A DNA stretch of 64,000 nucleotides from the NCBI GenBank assembly GCA_013265495.1, contig MU058584.1:1958616-2022615 (forward strand), in the 5' to 3' direction. This document shows, piece by piece, positions 1 to 12,859 of this stretch. The translations under genes were made by a program, and so were the position numbers. The notes below the pieces were generated by a model. The model ran no database searches. It was given only the letters and a program-made list of their open reading frames with translations, and had not been told where the DNA came from. Position 1 is the first letter of the stretch, and every line of letters starts with the position of its first letter. The DNA is from Vicugna vicugna (Eukaryota).

Positions 1-334
1 ATTATCTCAGGAATTAGCCCCCTCCCCTCCGTTCCAAGCGCACCCGTTTCTAGCTCTTAGCCTGTCTCGTTGAACTTTTAACGTGAATTACATTCCTCTT
101 CTTAATGTTCTTATCTCCAGTCTCTCCTGGCTCCTCCAGCCCCCTCTCCTCAAGTCCTCTGCTAAAGATAACTTTCTAAAGTGCAAATCTGATCACATCA
201 GCCTCCCTTCAAAGACTACTGCCGGGAGAAGAAGAAGAAAGTTCAAATCAAAAGTCTTCACAATAAATAGTGGGTAAAGGAGATGAACAGATGTCCCTCA
301 GGAAAGGAAAAAAGCAAATGTTTCTTACGCGTGC

Positions 335-1055
335 GTAACAAGAGGAATGCATGCTAAAACTACATGGATTCACCTGTCAGATTGACAAACCAAAAGCAAA
401 ACAAACAAACAAAACGTTTCATTAGACATCTCTACGTGGGAAGCGGTAAGGAACTGGCGCTTTTGTACAGTGCCAGTGGGAATGTAAACTGGAAGACTCC
501 TTGGAGAGCAGTGTGGCAATATCCTTCCAAATTATAAACACAGAGACCTGCAACTCCACCTCTAAAAATATACCTTATAGATACACACACTGGAGAAATT
601 ATTCATGTGCAAATCTGTGGGCTAGAGAAATTTCTTGCAAAAGCAAAAGATTAGAAACATAAATATCCTTTGATAGGAGACTGTTAAATAAACTACTATC
701 CACCCACATAATGGAATTCTATGTCACTGTTAAACAAAAAATACGAAGAAAGAAAAAAGTGGAAAAAAAAAATCAGAATAGTTTTGTACGTACCTATATG
801 GAAAGACCTCCATTATATGTGAAAACAGGCAACGGGCAGAACAGTACAAAACCTGTTTGTAGTAAAAAGGGGAAACAAACACACACACAATTTGTATTTG
901 CTTATATGTGATAAAATAAACTTTGGAGAATTACGTATGAAACAAATAAGAGTGGTTAGCTATAACGTGTGTGTGCTTTGTACTCTATTTCCTTTTATAC
1001 ATTTTGATTGTTGGATCATATGAATATATTGCATATTCAAATGATTAAATAAATA
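335..1055 (+). mobile_element. Old L1 (L1ME/L1MC-type) 3' fragment
   Basis: Decayed L1 ORF2-end/3'UTR motifs (gggaatgtaaactgg, ttggagagcagtgtggcaat, ataatggaattctat); no intact ORF. Confidence 0.75.
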
Positions 1056-1642
1056 TTTCTATAAAACCATGCACTGGCCTTCTTCATCTGTGCTCTGCCT
1101 CCCTCTTCATCCTCAGGTCTTGTCATTCCAACCCAGTGGCAACTCACACGAAAGCCTAGTGGTTGTGGGAAACCGAAACTCTGATTAGTCTCGTTTCTTC
1201 TCTTGCCAGATATGAGCAGAATTTTTCTGCTCAGAATGCCTCCCTACTCCTCTCTCTAGTGTTCCACCATCCCATGACAGTCTGCTGTCCCTCTGTAAAG
1301 ATTCTCCCCCAGTAAAGGGGGAGAGCCAGCATGCTTGCATATTGCTCAGTGCTCCTAGCATTTGTGCCGGTGCACCCTTCTTTTATGTGTTTGTCTGGAT
1401 GAGCCCACAGTCAACTTAGGACTCAGTTCAGGGGCTGCTCCTAGTGATACTGACCTGCTCTTCCCTAGAGAAGGTCCTTCTCCCTCTTCCCTTAATATCC
1501 CTCGAAGTCGTAGCACTTGATCACATGGTTTTCGTTTTTCATTGTCCGCTCTCTCCAATAAAACGTGGAATCTTCAAGGGAAGTGTTTTTCTCTCAATAG
1601 TAGTCACAGCTAACATTTACTCAGCACTCCTATGGTCTATGA

Positions 1643-1820
1643 CAGCACTAGCCAAATGGAATTCTCTCTGGTAATGGAAATATTCTGCATCTATATATGA
1701 CGACACTAACCACACGTGACCATTGAGCCCTTGAAATGTGCCCAGTGTGACCGAATTTGATCTCACTTTCATCAACTTAAATAGCCACATGTAGGTAGTG
1801 GCTACAGTTGGATGGTGCAG
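1643..1820. mobile_element. MER3-like hAT-Charlie MITE
   Basis: cagcact...atggaaatattctg...ttgaaatgtg...aaatagccacatgtaggtagtggctac...gtgcag follows the recalled MER3 consensus. Confidence 0.8.
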
Positions 1821-1837
1821 ATTTAGGCTCAGTGATA

Positions 1838-2030
1838 AGTTCTTCACACACACTATTTCATCCGATCCTCACAAGAACCCTGGAAGGAGGGTAACATTAC
1901 TATCACTATTTTACAGAGAAGAAAACTAAGTCTTAAAGAATACAAGGGACATCCTACAGTTACTCAGTTAAAAATGGTGAATTTGGATTTCAAACTCTTG
2001 TGTTCTAATGTCACAGTCTGTGCTTTTAAA
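1838..2030 (-). mobile_element. MIR SINE
   Basis: atcctcacaagaaccc...attttacagagaagaaaactaag...ggattcaaactc is the reverse MIR core. Confidence 0.8.
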
Positions 2031-2124
2031 ATTGGGCAGAGAGGTGGAACACAGCTGGATAGCTTCAAGATTAGAAAATGTATTCATGTTACACCCAAGT
2101 ATGCAAATAAAATATAGATTATTT

Positions 2125-3340
2125 TTTTATTTTTTAAAATTTTGTATGGAGGCATAATATACCTATGCTCAAATGTACAGCTGATAAGTTTTATGATTCA
2201 ATGAGTTTTCATAAACACACAAGCTCAGTCCTCTGCAGCCTATCCAAATAAGAAATTGCCAACACCCCAGGAAGTTTCTTATTTCTTCCTCATCAGTCCC
2301 CACAAACCCCTGTCCTCAGAAGCAAACACTCCTCATATTTCTTTCATCATAGACTGTCTTTAACTGAACTAGAATGGCACACATAGGGAATCCTTCAGTA
2401 TGGACTCTTTTGTATCTGACACCTTCTAGTCTCATAACATTTTTTAACTTCATCCATATTATTGCATTAGCTGTCAGTTCCTTTTTATTACTGAGTAATA
2501 TTCCATTAGATGAATGTTCCATAATTTGTTTATCTATTCTCCTATTGATGGACCTTCTGACTGATTCCAACTTAGGGCTATTATGATTAAGCGAACTATG
2601 ACCATTCTTGTACAATGTTTTTGTGTGTTCACAGTTTCCTTTCTTTACCTAAACGTCTAGAAGTGAAATTTCTGGGTCCCAAGGTAAGCTCATGTTTAAC
2701 TCATGCGAAACTTTCAACCTGATGGCCAAAACAGTTGTACAATTTTACATTCCAACAACAAGGCATTAGAATCGTAGTTGCTCCACGTACTCACCATCCT
2801 GTGATTTTGTTAGTCTTTGTAATTCTGATCGTTTTAGTGAGTGTATAATGGTATCTCACTGTGGGTTTACTTTACACTTCCTTAGTGGCTGAAAATGTTT
2901 GAGCGCTTTGCTGTGTGCTCATTGGTCACTTTTATGTCTTCCTTTGTGTAGTCTCTGTTTATGTCTTTTACTCATTTTTCTTGGAGTTGTTTGTCTTTTT
3001 TTATTGTTTTGCAGCAGTTCTTTGTATATTCTGGATAAGGTCCTTTGTCACTGACACATGCATTGAGACTATTTTCTGCCAGTTTTTTATTTCTCTATTG
3101 CTTTTTTTCATTTGTTTTATATTGTATTGGCCTTATGTCCTCATTTGTACAATGTTTTCTCTTGAGAGGTCTAAATTTTTATGATTTCAGATTTTTCAAT
3201 TTCTCCTTTATGGTTATTGCTTTTGGGGTCCTGTCTAAGAAATATTTGCCTACCCTCATGTCACAAAGATATTCTCCCATTTTTTTCTAGTGGTTTTAAG
3301 GTTTTAGTAGTTGACTCTGGATAGAAGGCATATTTTTCAG
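2125..3340 (-). mobile_element. Old L1 (L1MB/L1ME-type) 3' region
   Basis: T-rich antisense L1 3'UTR/ORF2 motifs (aatattccattagatgaatg, gaaatttctgggtc, gtataatggtatctcactgtgg). Confidence 0.8.
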
Positions 3341-5188
3341 TTGTACGAAATTGTATGGCCAATAAAGTGTAGAGGTACAGGAGTGTGCTGTATTGTTCCC
3401 TGGCAATTTGTTTATACTGGGAACCACATGTGTCAATATTCCTTTCTCTGTATGGTTCAGGGTTGGAGTTGGCCAAAAGCAAAGTTGCGTGAGTTTGGGG
3501 AGATGGCAGTGAAGTGGCAGCCACTACTTTACAGGGATTTTCATTGATTAGAGGTGGTGAGAGGCACATGCAGAGACACTGGCAGGTTTTGATTTTCCCT
3601 CTCTCATCTCCATTTCAGGTTTAACTCTTTCTGACATCTTGCCCTTGCTGGTGACCAACAGCCCCTCAGGTCCTACCAGAATCTTTGCTATGAATCCACA
3701 GAGGGAGTAGCCATGAAGGACCAACAACCTTTTAGAGACATCCATGCCAGCCCCTTCAGTGGCCCTGCTCTGGCACCTAGATGTGTCTGGCTTCAGATTT
3801 CCCTGCAAGCTTCGACTCGTTCAGCAGTGCTGAGGCTGGTGAGCAACTTCTCTCTGATCTCCTGCCCTCTTTACTCGACCTTGACTTCCCCTCTTGCTCC
3901 CACATTTGTGTAAAGACTGATTCCAATGACAAATCCTCTGTTCCAGTGCCCTCGTGGTAGCTCAGCTTCCCTGACTGAATCCTTGCTGAGAAGGTGAGAA
4001 AGAAGTGGTGAAGACAATGGGAGGAAAGGAGGCGGGACTGCAAAGCTCAGGGTTGCAGAGACTGTTGGAAGCCACTAGCTGTCTCTTGCAGCTAAAATGC
4101 TGTCATGCCATGGTTGTATTGTATCAAGGAAGACACACCTTGTTCCACTCTCATTTCTGCCATTTATTGTGTCACCTTGGATAAGTCCTTTTAGCATTCA
4201 TCTTCAGTTTCATTGCTTTTTTTTTTTAATCTGCTTGCTCTCTTGCCTCACAAAATTGCTTTAAAGATACCATGAAATCCAGCATTCCATGCTCTATTCA
4301 ATAAAGCATGCACTTTATCTCACAAGCATTACCATCCTCATCACAGGCGTCGTCATTCTTAAAATGATTTGTTTTGCATCTGTATCAGGGAAGATAGGAC
4401 TGTCACTATGGCTACCTTTCAGAAGACACAGAGAAAAGTTTAGGAGAGAAAAAAGGAGCCAGAGATGCCAAGCTGCTCTGAAGTTTTTGGATTCTCTGTG
4501 GATTTCAGTTATTTTTCTTACACCAATTCCCTTTGACCACATAGACCAGGGCTGGTTGAACCACTCTCGCCCATGAGAGAATAAATGCATACTCAGGTTA
4601 AGAAATCATGTCTGGCCTTGAAAAGCATCCTGTCCAATAAGCTCTCAGCCACACCACAGGGTATCCCACTCAGGGCGATTGTATGCTAGAGGCAAAACCA
4701 AGAAAGTACTTCGGAGGGCAACAGTTCAGTCACATGGGTCTTCCTCTTTCAAACTAATTGATGTTACAGTCTGCTGTCTTTCCTTTGACTCATTGAAGGA
4801 GAGTGGTGGTTGGAGGATCTGAAACAACCACAGAAATAATGATGAGGTGAAAACATGGTAGTGTTGAAAAAGCATTATTTCCTCGGGGGAATTGGGTTCC
4901 AGTCTTGGCTGGGGGGATAAACTTGGGGAACTCCAATAAATTCTGACTTCATCTGAAAAATGATAAGGTTATACTAGCAAAATTGTTTCCAAACTGAGGT
5001 TCTACATTGAGGACAGAGCTCTGATCTGGCCAGTGGATTAGCCAGGGGATGGGATGCTGGGTTAGGCATCCCCTCCTTGCCTAGGTCAGTTTACACCCCT
5101 CTGCCTCATTCTTTATAAAGTTCAAAGTAATATTTTATTAAAATCAAAGTGATTTCACTCAAAGAAAAAAATAAAGCTTAAAATATAT

Positions 5189-5720
5189 TGTGCTGCTATT
5201 TGCAATAGCCTAGACCTGGAAGCAACCTAAGTGTCTATCAACAGATGAACAGATAAAGAAGAGGTGGTGTATATACACTATGGAATATTACTTAGCCATA
5301 AAAAAGAATGAACTATTGCCATTTACAGCAAAGTGGATGGACCTAGAGATTATCATACCAAGTGAAGTAAGTCAGATAGAGAAAGACAAATATTATATGG
5401 TATCATTTAAATGTAGAATCTAAAAAATAATACAAATGACTTTATATAAAACAGAAACAGACCCACAGACATAGAAAACAAACTTAGCATTACCAGAGGT
5501 GGAGAAAGGGAGGAAGGGACAAATTAGGAGTATGGGATTAGCAGATGTAAACTACTATACACAAAATAGATAAGCAACAAAGATTCACTGTGTAAAACAG
5601 GGAACAGTATTCAATATCTTATAACCTATAATGGAAAATAATCTGAAAATATATATATAACTGAATCATTATGCTATACACCTGAAACTACACAATACTG
5701 TGAATTAACTATACTGCAAT
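5189..5720 (+). mobile_element. 5'-truncated artiodactyl-type L1 with target-site duplication
   Basis: Encodes a decayed ORF2 C-terminus (LFAIA*TWKQPKCLSTDEQIKKRWCIYTMEYYLAIKKNE) followed by a typical 3'UTR; ttaaaatatat occurs at both 5178-5188 and 5721-5731 (TT/AAAA endonuclease site). Confidence 0.93.
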
Positions 5721-5879
5721 TTAAAATATATATATATCATACTGGATTTTCTCTAAGATTGTCTACAGTTTTAAATATTATGAAATGTCAGTTATTTAAG
5801 GCCAATTCTCAATGTCCTAACAGAAGCCATACGTTGGTTTCAATCAAGCAAAACTTTCATTTTTCATTATATTGATACT

Positions 5880-6090
5880 TTAATTAATTAACTAATTCCA
5901 CTAAAAGTTATTGAATACCAGACATAGAATATGGGGTTAAGGGAAGTAAAATAAATTTAAAACTTCTCTTTACCATGGGCTCTCATAGGCCTGTGGGGTC
6001 AGGCAGGCAAATGAAAACCTATAATAAAATGTGATAAATGTTATAATAGAGGTTGGTGAAAATTGTTATAGGAATATAAAGGAATCCATT
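5880..6090 (-). mobile_element. L2 3' fragment
   Basis: Degenerate antisense L2 3' end (ttattgaatacc...ctctcataggcctgtgggg...aaatgttataatagagg). Confidence 0.55.
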
Positions 6091-7454
6091 TATTCTGCTA
6101 GAGGGCTTTGAAAATGTACCACATGAAAGTCTTCTATTTCTGCAATGCAGCGACCAGCAGACTCGCATTTTGTTTGGGTTCATATTCAAATGAGTTCTTT
6201 ATTTTCTGAGCAGGAGGACTAGTTCTAAGACATGCTGAATAACAGGAGTAGGCCACAGAGTTGGAAAATGTGCCCCAGATAATTTGGAAACGGGGAAATC
6301 CACATATGGGCCATTCAGAGATAGCTATATATCGCTTTACTGTCAAGTCGAAGAAAACCTTATGAAGACCATCCAAATGGACCCTTTCAAGCACACAATC
6401 AGTACATTGCTTTAATGTAAAAAATAAGTATAATGGGGAAAGAGCTATGTTTTCCAGGTGCCTAAATCATTGCATCGTGCTCTCCTCCCACTGCGAAAAA
6501 GGTTTGCATTTACTCTCAAGGCACATATTTCACTTGGCTTGCTGACAGTTTATGAAGGGCAAGAAGAATTTCTCCCTCTCAGGTCTGATCAAATGCACAA
6601 TGAGAGGTGCCAGCAATTAACTTAAAACTTTGGCAGCGGCCATGTCCCGTGCCTCATTTAACAAGCCGGCTACAACCTCTGACCCCAGTGATGTCGTTCC
6701 GCGGTGACTTAGTCCTTCCGTTGCCCGCTGCTCACTTATCATACGTTTGTAGCCTTGAACCCTTCCTTCCTTGTCCCTATAAATTTCCAAAATTACAACC
6801 GTTCATGCGATTTCTGAAAATCTGTGAAACTTTTTAACACAAAACATACAGATGCATGGGAAGTTTTGCTTCCTTGTCTACATTTCACAGTGTGAAAAAA
6901 GTTATAAAACATGGGGGTTTGAGGGTCTTTTTTCCAAACAGGCTTTACATAATTCAAAACCTGTATGTCTGTAGACACCATTCATTTTCTTGTTAATGTT
7001 GATGGTAACTCTAATAGGACAGAATATAAAAGTATCTGACACAGCTGGTATGTTATTCAAAGAGCTTGATTCATAGGCTTTGTGCATTATTAGTTATACC
7101 TGATTATTTTCCAACTTGGGACATAATTCTAGTGAAATTAAAACTGGACAGTTACCAGATTTCAATGATTATCTTTAACTCTGATGCATCTTTTAAGACT
7201 CCTCTGAAATGCCACCTTCTCTATGAAACCAGACACCCTCTCGACTCACTCAGACTCTCTCTTCTATGAAACAAAAGGACTCCATTTATTGACCACGAAT
7301 TTTACATTTAAGATCCTTCGTGTCTTGAAGTAAAATATTGCTAACATTGTTCTGTGTGGTTTTCTTCTTGCCACAAAGGTATCTCATTTCCCCATTTCAG
7401 AGTGATTCCCTCATGTTTCACTGTTCTTTGTACTGCACGCCAGCAACCTCTCTC

Positions 7455-7640
7455 TCATTTATTCACTCATGCATTCATTTGATAGATATTTGGTGCGCAA
7501 CTCTTATGTCAGGAAGCTGTGCTGAGCACCAGGATAGCAAACCAGGGTCCCCCCCCTCAGGTAACATAGTTTAGTGGGAAAACAACAGAGTACTTATGTA
7601 CTTACCATGTAGAGTGAATAGTGGATTAATAAAAGTAAGC
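7455..7640 (-). mobile_element. L2 3' end
   Basis: attcactcatgcattcatttgatagatatttgg...tatgtcagg...gctgagcaccaggata. Confidence 0.7.
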
Positions 7641-7644
7641 TCTG

Positions 7645-7860
7645 GGTGAAGGGGCAATAGAAGTAGGGGATTAAGAGGTACAAATTATTATGCAAAATAA
7701 GCTACAAAGGTGTATTGCACAACACAGGGGATACTGCCAATATTTTATAATAACTATCAATGGAGTATGACCTTCAAAAATTATGAATCACTGTAGTGTA
7801 TACCTGTCACTTATATAATATTGCTCATCAACTATACCTCATTTAAAAAAAAAGAAAGAA
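7645..7860 (+). mobile_element. L1 3' terminus (L1MA9-like)
   Basis: ttaagaggtacaaa...aataagctac...tttataataactat...aactatacctc plus A-tail; aligns by eye with the reverse complement of 11830-12030. Confidence 0.85.
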
Positions 7861-8679
7861 AAATCAATGAGACCCAGGAGAATAAAATAAAGTAAAATAA
7901 AAGAGTGCACTGAGGAATATGGAAACTCATAGGAAAGACCCAGAAACTGGACTTGAGTCATTGTGGAAGACATCTCAAGGGGAGGGTGGGGCACATATTC
8001 AAATTAAAGAAAGACCATGAGCCAAAAAACCTGGAGGCAACACAAGAAACCCAAGACTAGGTAAGAAGAGGGTGTCTGAATCTCATTTGTTAGTTGAAAT
8101 AAAATGAGCAGAGCAGGAAGAAAGGGGAAAAAAGAAGAAAATGTAAATAACATAAATATCAAGCGTTCCCATTTTTAATACAAAACGTTAAAAAGTGCAG
8201 GCAATTTTAGTTCTTTGTTGGAAACCTTCTGTGGAAAACTACCCTGTAAACAACACAAATAAACTAATTACTGAGTATTCGGAGTCACTTCTAAAGAGTG
8301 AATAAGACTCTCATTGGGAAAAAAAAGAGAGATGTTTGGGTCCCTGAGGCAGCCTGCCTTCTACAGGGAGCTGCATGTCGCTGTTTCCAAGAATGCGTGT
8401 ATTTTACTAAGATAAGACTTGATTATACCTTTCCTTTTTAGGACACCGAGGGGCTGGGTAATTCTAGCAGGGTGGTGTTCTTCTTGAGCTAAATGACTGT
8501 ATATATTGGGAGGAAGGGGTAGGAAGGAGGATTCAAATCGGATACTAAGAATATATTTAATTGAACCATTTTATTTACTGCGTAGGAGCTAGAGATTCTC
8601 AACATAAGGGTTTTCTAAACTAAACCAACCAAATAAACAGCATAAGTGGCATTCACCTGTCATAACTCAAATCCATCAG

Positions 8680-8830
8680 GAGACAATAATGTTAATAATA
8701 TCTACTCGTTATTAAGAATTCATTTTGTATCCAAAAATGTGCTAGTGACTCTGTATATTCTTTTTCATCAAGACCACTCTATAAACTAGGTTTTATTATC
8801 TGCATTAGAAAGTAATTACTAAATATTTGC
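8680..8830 (-). mobile_element. MIR fragment
   Basis: taataatatctactcgttattaag...tgtgctag...ttttattatc. Confidence 0.55.
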
Positions 8831-9118
8831 TCAATGAGTGAGTAAAGGCTTCGCCTAGAAAGTCACTCCCAAAAGCAATTCAAGTCACTCACCCAACAAT
8901 AAAAATCGAGGAAATGCCATGTTCCATGTACCTAACAAATCTTACAGGTTCCTGGGAGCCTGAATCCAGTTCACTCTTACAGAGAAAACAGCCATGCGAA
9001 TAAAACCCACCCAGGGTGCTTCACACATATTGGATATTTACTGAATGACTGAATGATTGAATGGATGAATGAATGAATGAATGAATACAAAAAAGGCAAA
9101 GGTGTTCCAAAGCCAGTA

Positions 9119-9915
9119 CAATAGTCCCTCATTATCCATGGTTTCACTTTCTATGGTTACCCTGGGCCAACCACAGTCCAAAGATATTCAGCGGAAAATT
9201 CCAGAAATACACAGTTCACACGTTTTAAGTTATGTGACTTCCGAGTATCATGATGCAATCTCACACTGCCCAGCTGTGTCCTGCCCGGGATGTGAATCAT
9301 GCCTTTGTCCAGTGTATCCTGCTCCTTAGCCACTTGGTAGCCCTTTGGATGATCAGATCAACTGTCGCAGGATCTCAGCGCTTGTGTTTATTTTATTAAG
9401 AATGGCTTCAAACCACAGGAGTGGTGATGCTGGCGATTTGGCCGTACCAAAGAGAGGCATACCGAGCTTCCTTTACGTGAACAGAGGAATGTTCTCAACA
9501 AAATAAGGAAAGGAAACAAATTATACGCTGGGGCTGCTAACATCTAAGGTAAGAGCACATCTACCAGTAAAATTGTGAAGAAAGAAAAAGAAACCTGGGC
9601 TCATTTTGCTGTTGCACCTCAGACTGCAAAAGTTACAGCCACAGTGTGTGGTAAGTGCTTAGTTAACGTGTAAACGGCATCGAATGTGTACAGTAAGATA
9701 TTTTGAGAAGCCACAGTCACATAACTTTTATTGCAGTATATTATTATAATGATTCTATTATTATTAGCTGTTAATCTCTTGCTACATCTAATTTATAAAT
9801 TAAACTTTATCATGGGTCTGTATGTATACAAAAAACCCCAGTATATGTAGGATTTGGTACTACCCACCTGCACTGGGGGTTTTGGAATGTACCCCCATGA
9901 ATAAGGAGGGGATTG
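9119..9915 (+). mobile_element. MER44/Tigger7-family Tc1-mariner DNA transposon (non-autonomous deletion derivative)
   Basis: Imperfect TIRs caatagtccctcattatcc and gaataaggaggggattg; TA dinucleotides at 9117-9118 and 9916-9917; internal remnant of the transposase N-terminus (atggcttcaaac...gtgaagaaagaaaaagaa...gcacctcagactgcaaaagttacagccacag). Confidence 0.9.
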
Positions 9916-11280
9916 TATACTAAGGAACCTCTTAAAAGACCAGAGAGAGAAACCACACTGCTTCATTCTGCAGCAGACAACCAAAATAAGCCTTTTTCCC
10001 TTCAGTGTGTGGGGGTGGTAAATTTCATCCTCTACCTCCAGCCAGCCTCTCCCACACGGCTGCCCAGCACCCCAAAGCCAGAAGGAAGAAAGATTGTAGC
10101 GAGGAGAGAGAAACCGAACATGGCCAGTCCTTGCCTCCACAGTAAAAGAGTTGGGACAAATTCGATGGATTTGATCAATGGATCTAACAAAATAATTTGA
10201 GACTTTATGGCTTATTGATCAAGGAACTATGCCTGAGAGGTGCCCATCCATCACCTTTGAGGCCAGAGAACTCCCAGAGAAAACACTGCTCCTGCTGCAA
10301 ATCATAGTCACCCTTCTGAATTCAAAAGTTCAGTGGCTCTATCCACCAGAAAAACCTCAGTAAGGCCGAACAAGGCGATATTCTTTCTGCAGGAGAGAAG
10401 GGAGGATGACCTGAGAGGACGCACAATGAACCAGAAACTGAGTACATTTTGAGTATAATCTTCACCATGACCTTGTCGGGTAGATGATGGAATCCTGATT
10501 CAACAGACAAGGGAAGTGAGGCTCACAGCAGTTAAGTGACCCATCAGACACACAGCTAGTAAGTTCATTTGCTCCAGAACTTTCCATTCTCCTCCTTAGC
10601 CCTCCTCTCCAGCCAGTGAACTGGACTCTACAGGTCAATGTTTCCTATGCAAGTCCTGAGCCAGAATAGTGCTATCCTAAGGAATTTTAATACCCAGAAA
10701 AAAAAATAGTTTATTTCCATCCTGCTAGAATTTATTTTCAAGGGAAAAAAATATCAAGCAACTCCAAGTTTCCAACATGCCTCTAAACACTGGACTACAA
10801 CAGTGAACAAAAGTAGACAAGGGTCTTGCCCTCATGGAGTTTACCTTCTGGCACAAGAGACAGAAGGTACATAATAAATAAACGTGTGTGCGCGTCTGTG
10901 TGTGCACACAATGAGTTTACTTAACGACCTACATTCAATGGAATGTGAAGCAAAAATCATCATAAACTCATTTTAATCATCATGAACTCATTTCAGTATG
11001 CTATGCTGAGGCTTGCTTCCTGACCCCTGGAAGATGTCTAGCACACCTAGCATATCTCTTCTCATCATTTCCATGTATTATTGAATGAGGCTCCTTTTAA
11101 GGAACTTTGACATCCAATCCATCTTCATATCAGTTCTACTTTAGACATTATTTAGTCCACTGTGTTGGATCTGAGGCTAGCAGTTGGAAAGGATGCATTC
11201 AAGATCCCAGAAATAGTTTAATGCAAAGTAGTAAAGTTAATAAGTACTAAATGTACTCAAGAGAAAAGCCTTAAAGAAAG

Positions 11281-11815
11281 GTTACTTGGACTCTGTGGCT
11301 GCATATCAAATCTCCCCAAACTTGGTAGCCTAAATGAAGGAAAGCCTCATTTTATAACACCTAATGGTTCCTGCAGGTCAAGAACCAAGGAAGGGCTCTG
11401 CTGGGTGCTTCTGGCTCAGGGCCTCTCGTGGGGCTATAGTCAGATGGCGGCTGAAGCTGGCATAGTGAGGGGAGGAGGTTCGGGGGGATGGCGTGGCATG
11501 GAGCCATTTTCAGTTAGTCTTAGGGCTTTTCCATGTGGTTTCTTAACCTGGACTGGTTTGGGTTTCCTCATATTATGGTGGCCTCAGGCAGTTAGATTGC
11601 TCACAGGAAGGCTTAGGGCTCCAGTGCAAGAATTCCAGCTAACCAGGGGGAAGCTCTGTCTCTTCTGTCACACTCTTTTGGTTACAAGCGAGTCACAGTC
11701 CCTTCCAGATCCCAGGGGAAGGAATATAGACTTCCCTCATCTCCCAGTGGGAAAAGTGCGAGGTCACATTGCAAGAAGAGCCTATGGAATTGGAGATATT
11801 ATTGCAACCAACTTT
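11281..11815 (-). mobile_element. MLT1 (MaLR) solo LTR, MLT1F-like
   Basis: gctgcatatcaaatctccccaaacttggtagcctaa...caggtcaagaa...tgggtgcttctggctcagggcctctc. Confidence 0.8.
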
Positions 11816-11829
11816 TGATGGGTTGCATT

Positions 11830-12442
11830 TTTTATTGATGTATATTTGCTGTACAATATTATATAAGTTACAAGTGTACAATACAGTGACTCACAATTTT
11901 AAAAATTATATTCTATTTATAGTTATTATAAAATGTTGGCCATATTCCTTGTGTTGTACAATATATCTCTGTAGCTTATTTTATATCACCTAATATTTTG
12001 TACCTCTTAATTCCCTACCCTTCCTTATACTGCCCCTCCCCTTTTTCCCCTCTCCTTTGGTAACTGCTGGTTTGTTCTCTTTATCTGTGAGTCTGTTTCT
12101 TTTTTGTTATATTCACTAGTTTGTTTATTTTTTAGATTCCACATATAAATGGTATCATACAGTATTTGTCTTTCTCTGTCTGTCTTATTTCACTTAGTAT
12201 AATTCCCTCCAAATCTACCCATGTTGCTGCAAATGGTAAAATTTTATTCTTTTTTATGGCTAAGTAGTATTCCATTGTCTATATGTCCCATATCTACTTT
12301 ATCCATTCATCTGTTGTTGAACACCTAGGTTGCTTTCATATCTTGACAATTATAAATAATGCTGCTATGAACACTAAGGCGCATGTATCTTTTCAAATTA
12401 GTGTCTTGGGTGTTTTTTTCCAGGTATATACCCAGGAGTGGA
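11830..12442 (-). mobile_element. L1 3' end (L1MA9-like), 5'-truncated
   Basis: ttttattgatgtata...agattccacatataa...ccatgttgctgcaaatgg...atccattcatctgttg...atacccaggagtggaa. Confidence 0.92.
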
Positions 12443-12859
12443 AATCTACCCATGACACCTAAAATGGAAGAGAATGTCAGGAAGAGTTAAGAAAACAGTA
12501 AAAATGCAGAGATGAGACAGAGAAAAAGACTTTCGACAGTTGGATTATTTAGTGGTAAATCAAAAAAATGGCAATGGAATCAAGATATTTATTTTGCACA
12601 GCAGTAGGGACAAAAGTGACATCTGCTGTAATATTAGATGCCCGTACTCCCATAGACCCATGCATGCACACACACAGCACAAACAGACACACACATGCAC
12701 ATAACTATGGTCCCCAGAACCCTCTAACCCAAAACTGACAATTTCCACTCAGATCAGTACTTTTTATCCACAGCTATTGTGGCAACTGGTGACCGTGATT
12801 CACTACCTCTCTACCCTTATGTATCCTTGGAGAGCTCCCTCTGACCTACTAGAGAAGGT

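Noticed and set aside
3619-3838. Plus-strand exon candidate (catttcag|...CTG|gtgagc), and another at 43077-43260
   Set aside because: Stops in the frames examined, the second ends inside a MIR, and isolated splice-site pairs are common by chance.
11405-11818. 137-aa ORF, and likewise the 150-aa ORF at 50205-50657 and the 110-aa ORF at 55748-56080
   Set aside because: They lie within MLT1 or L2 repeats and show no protein-family motifs.
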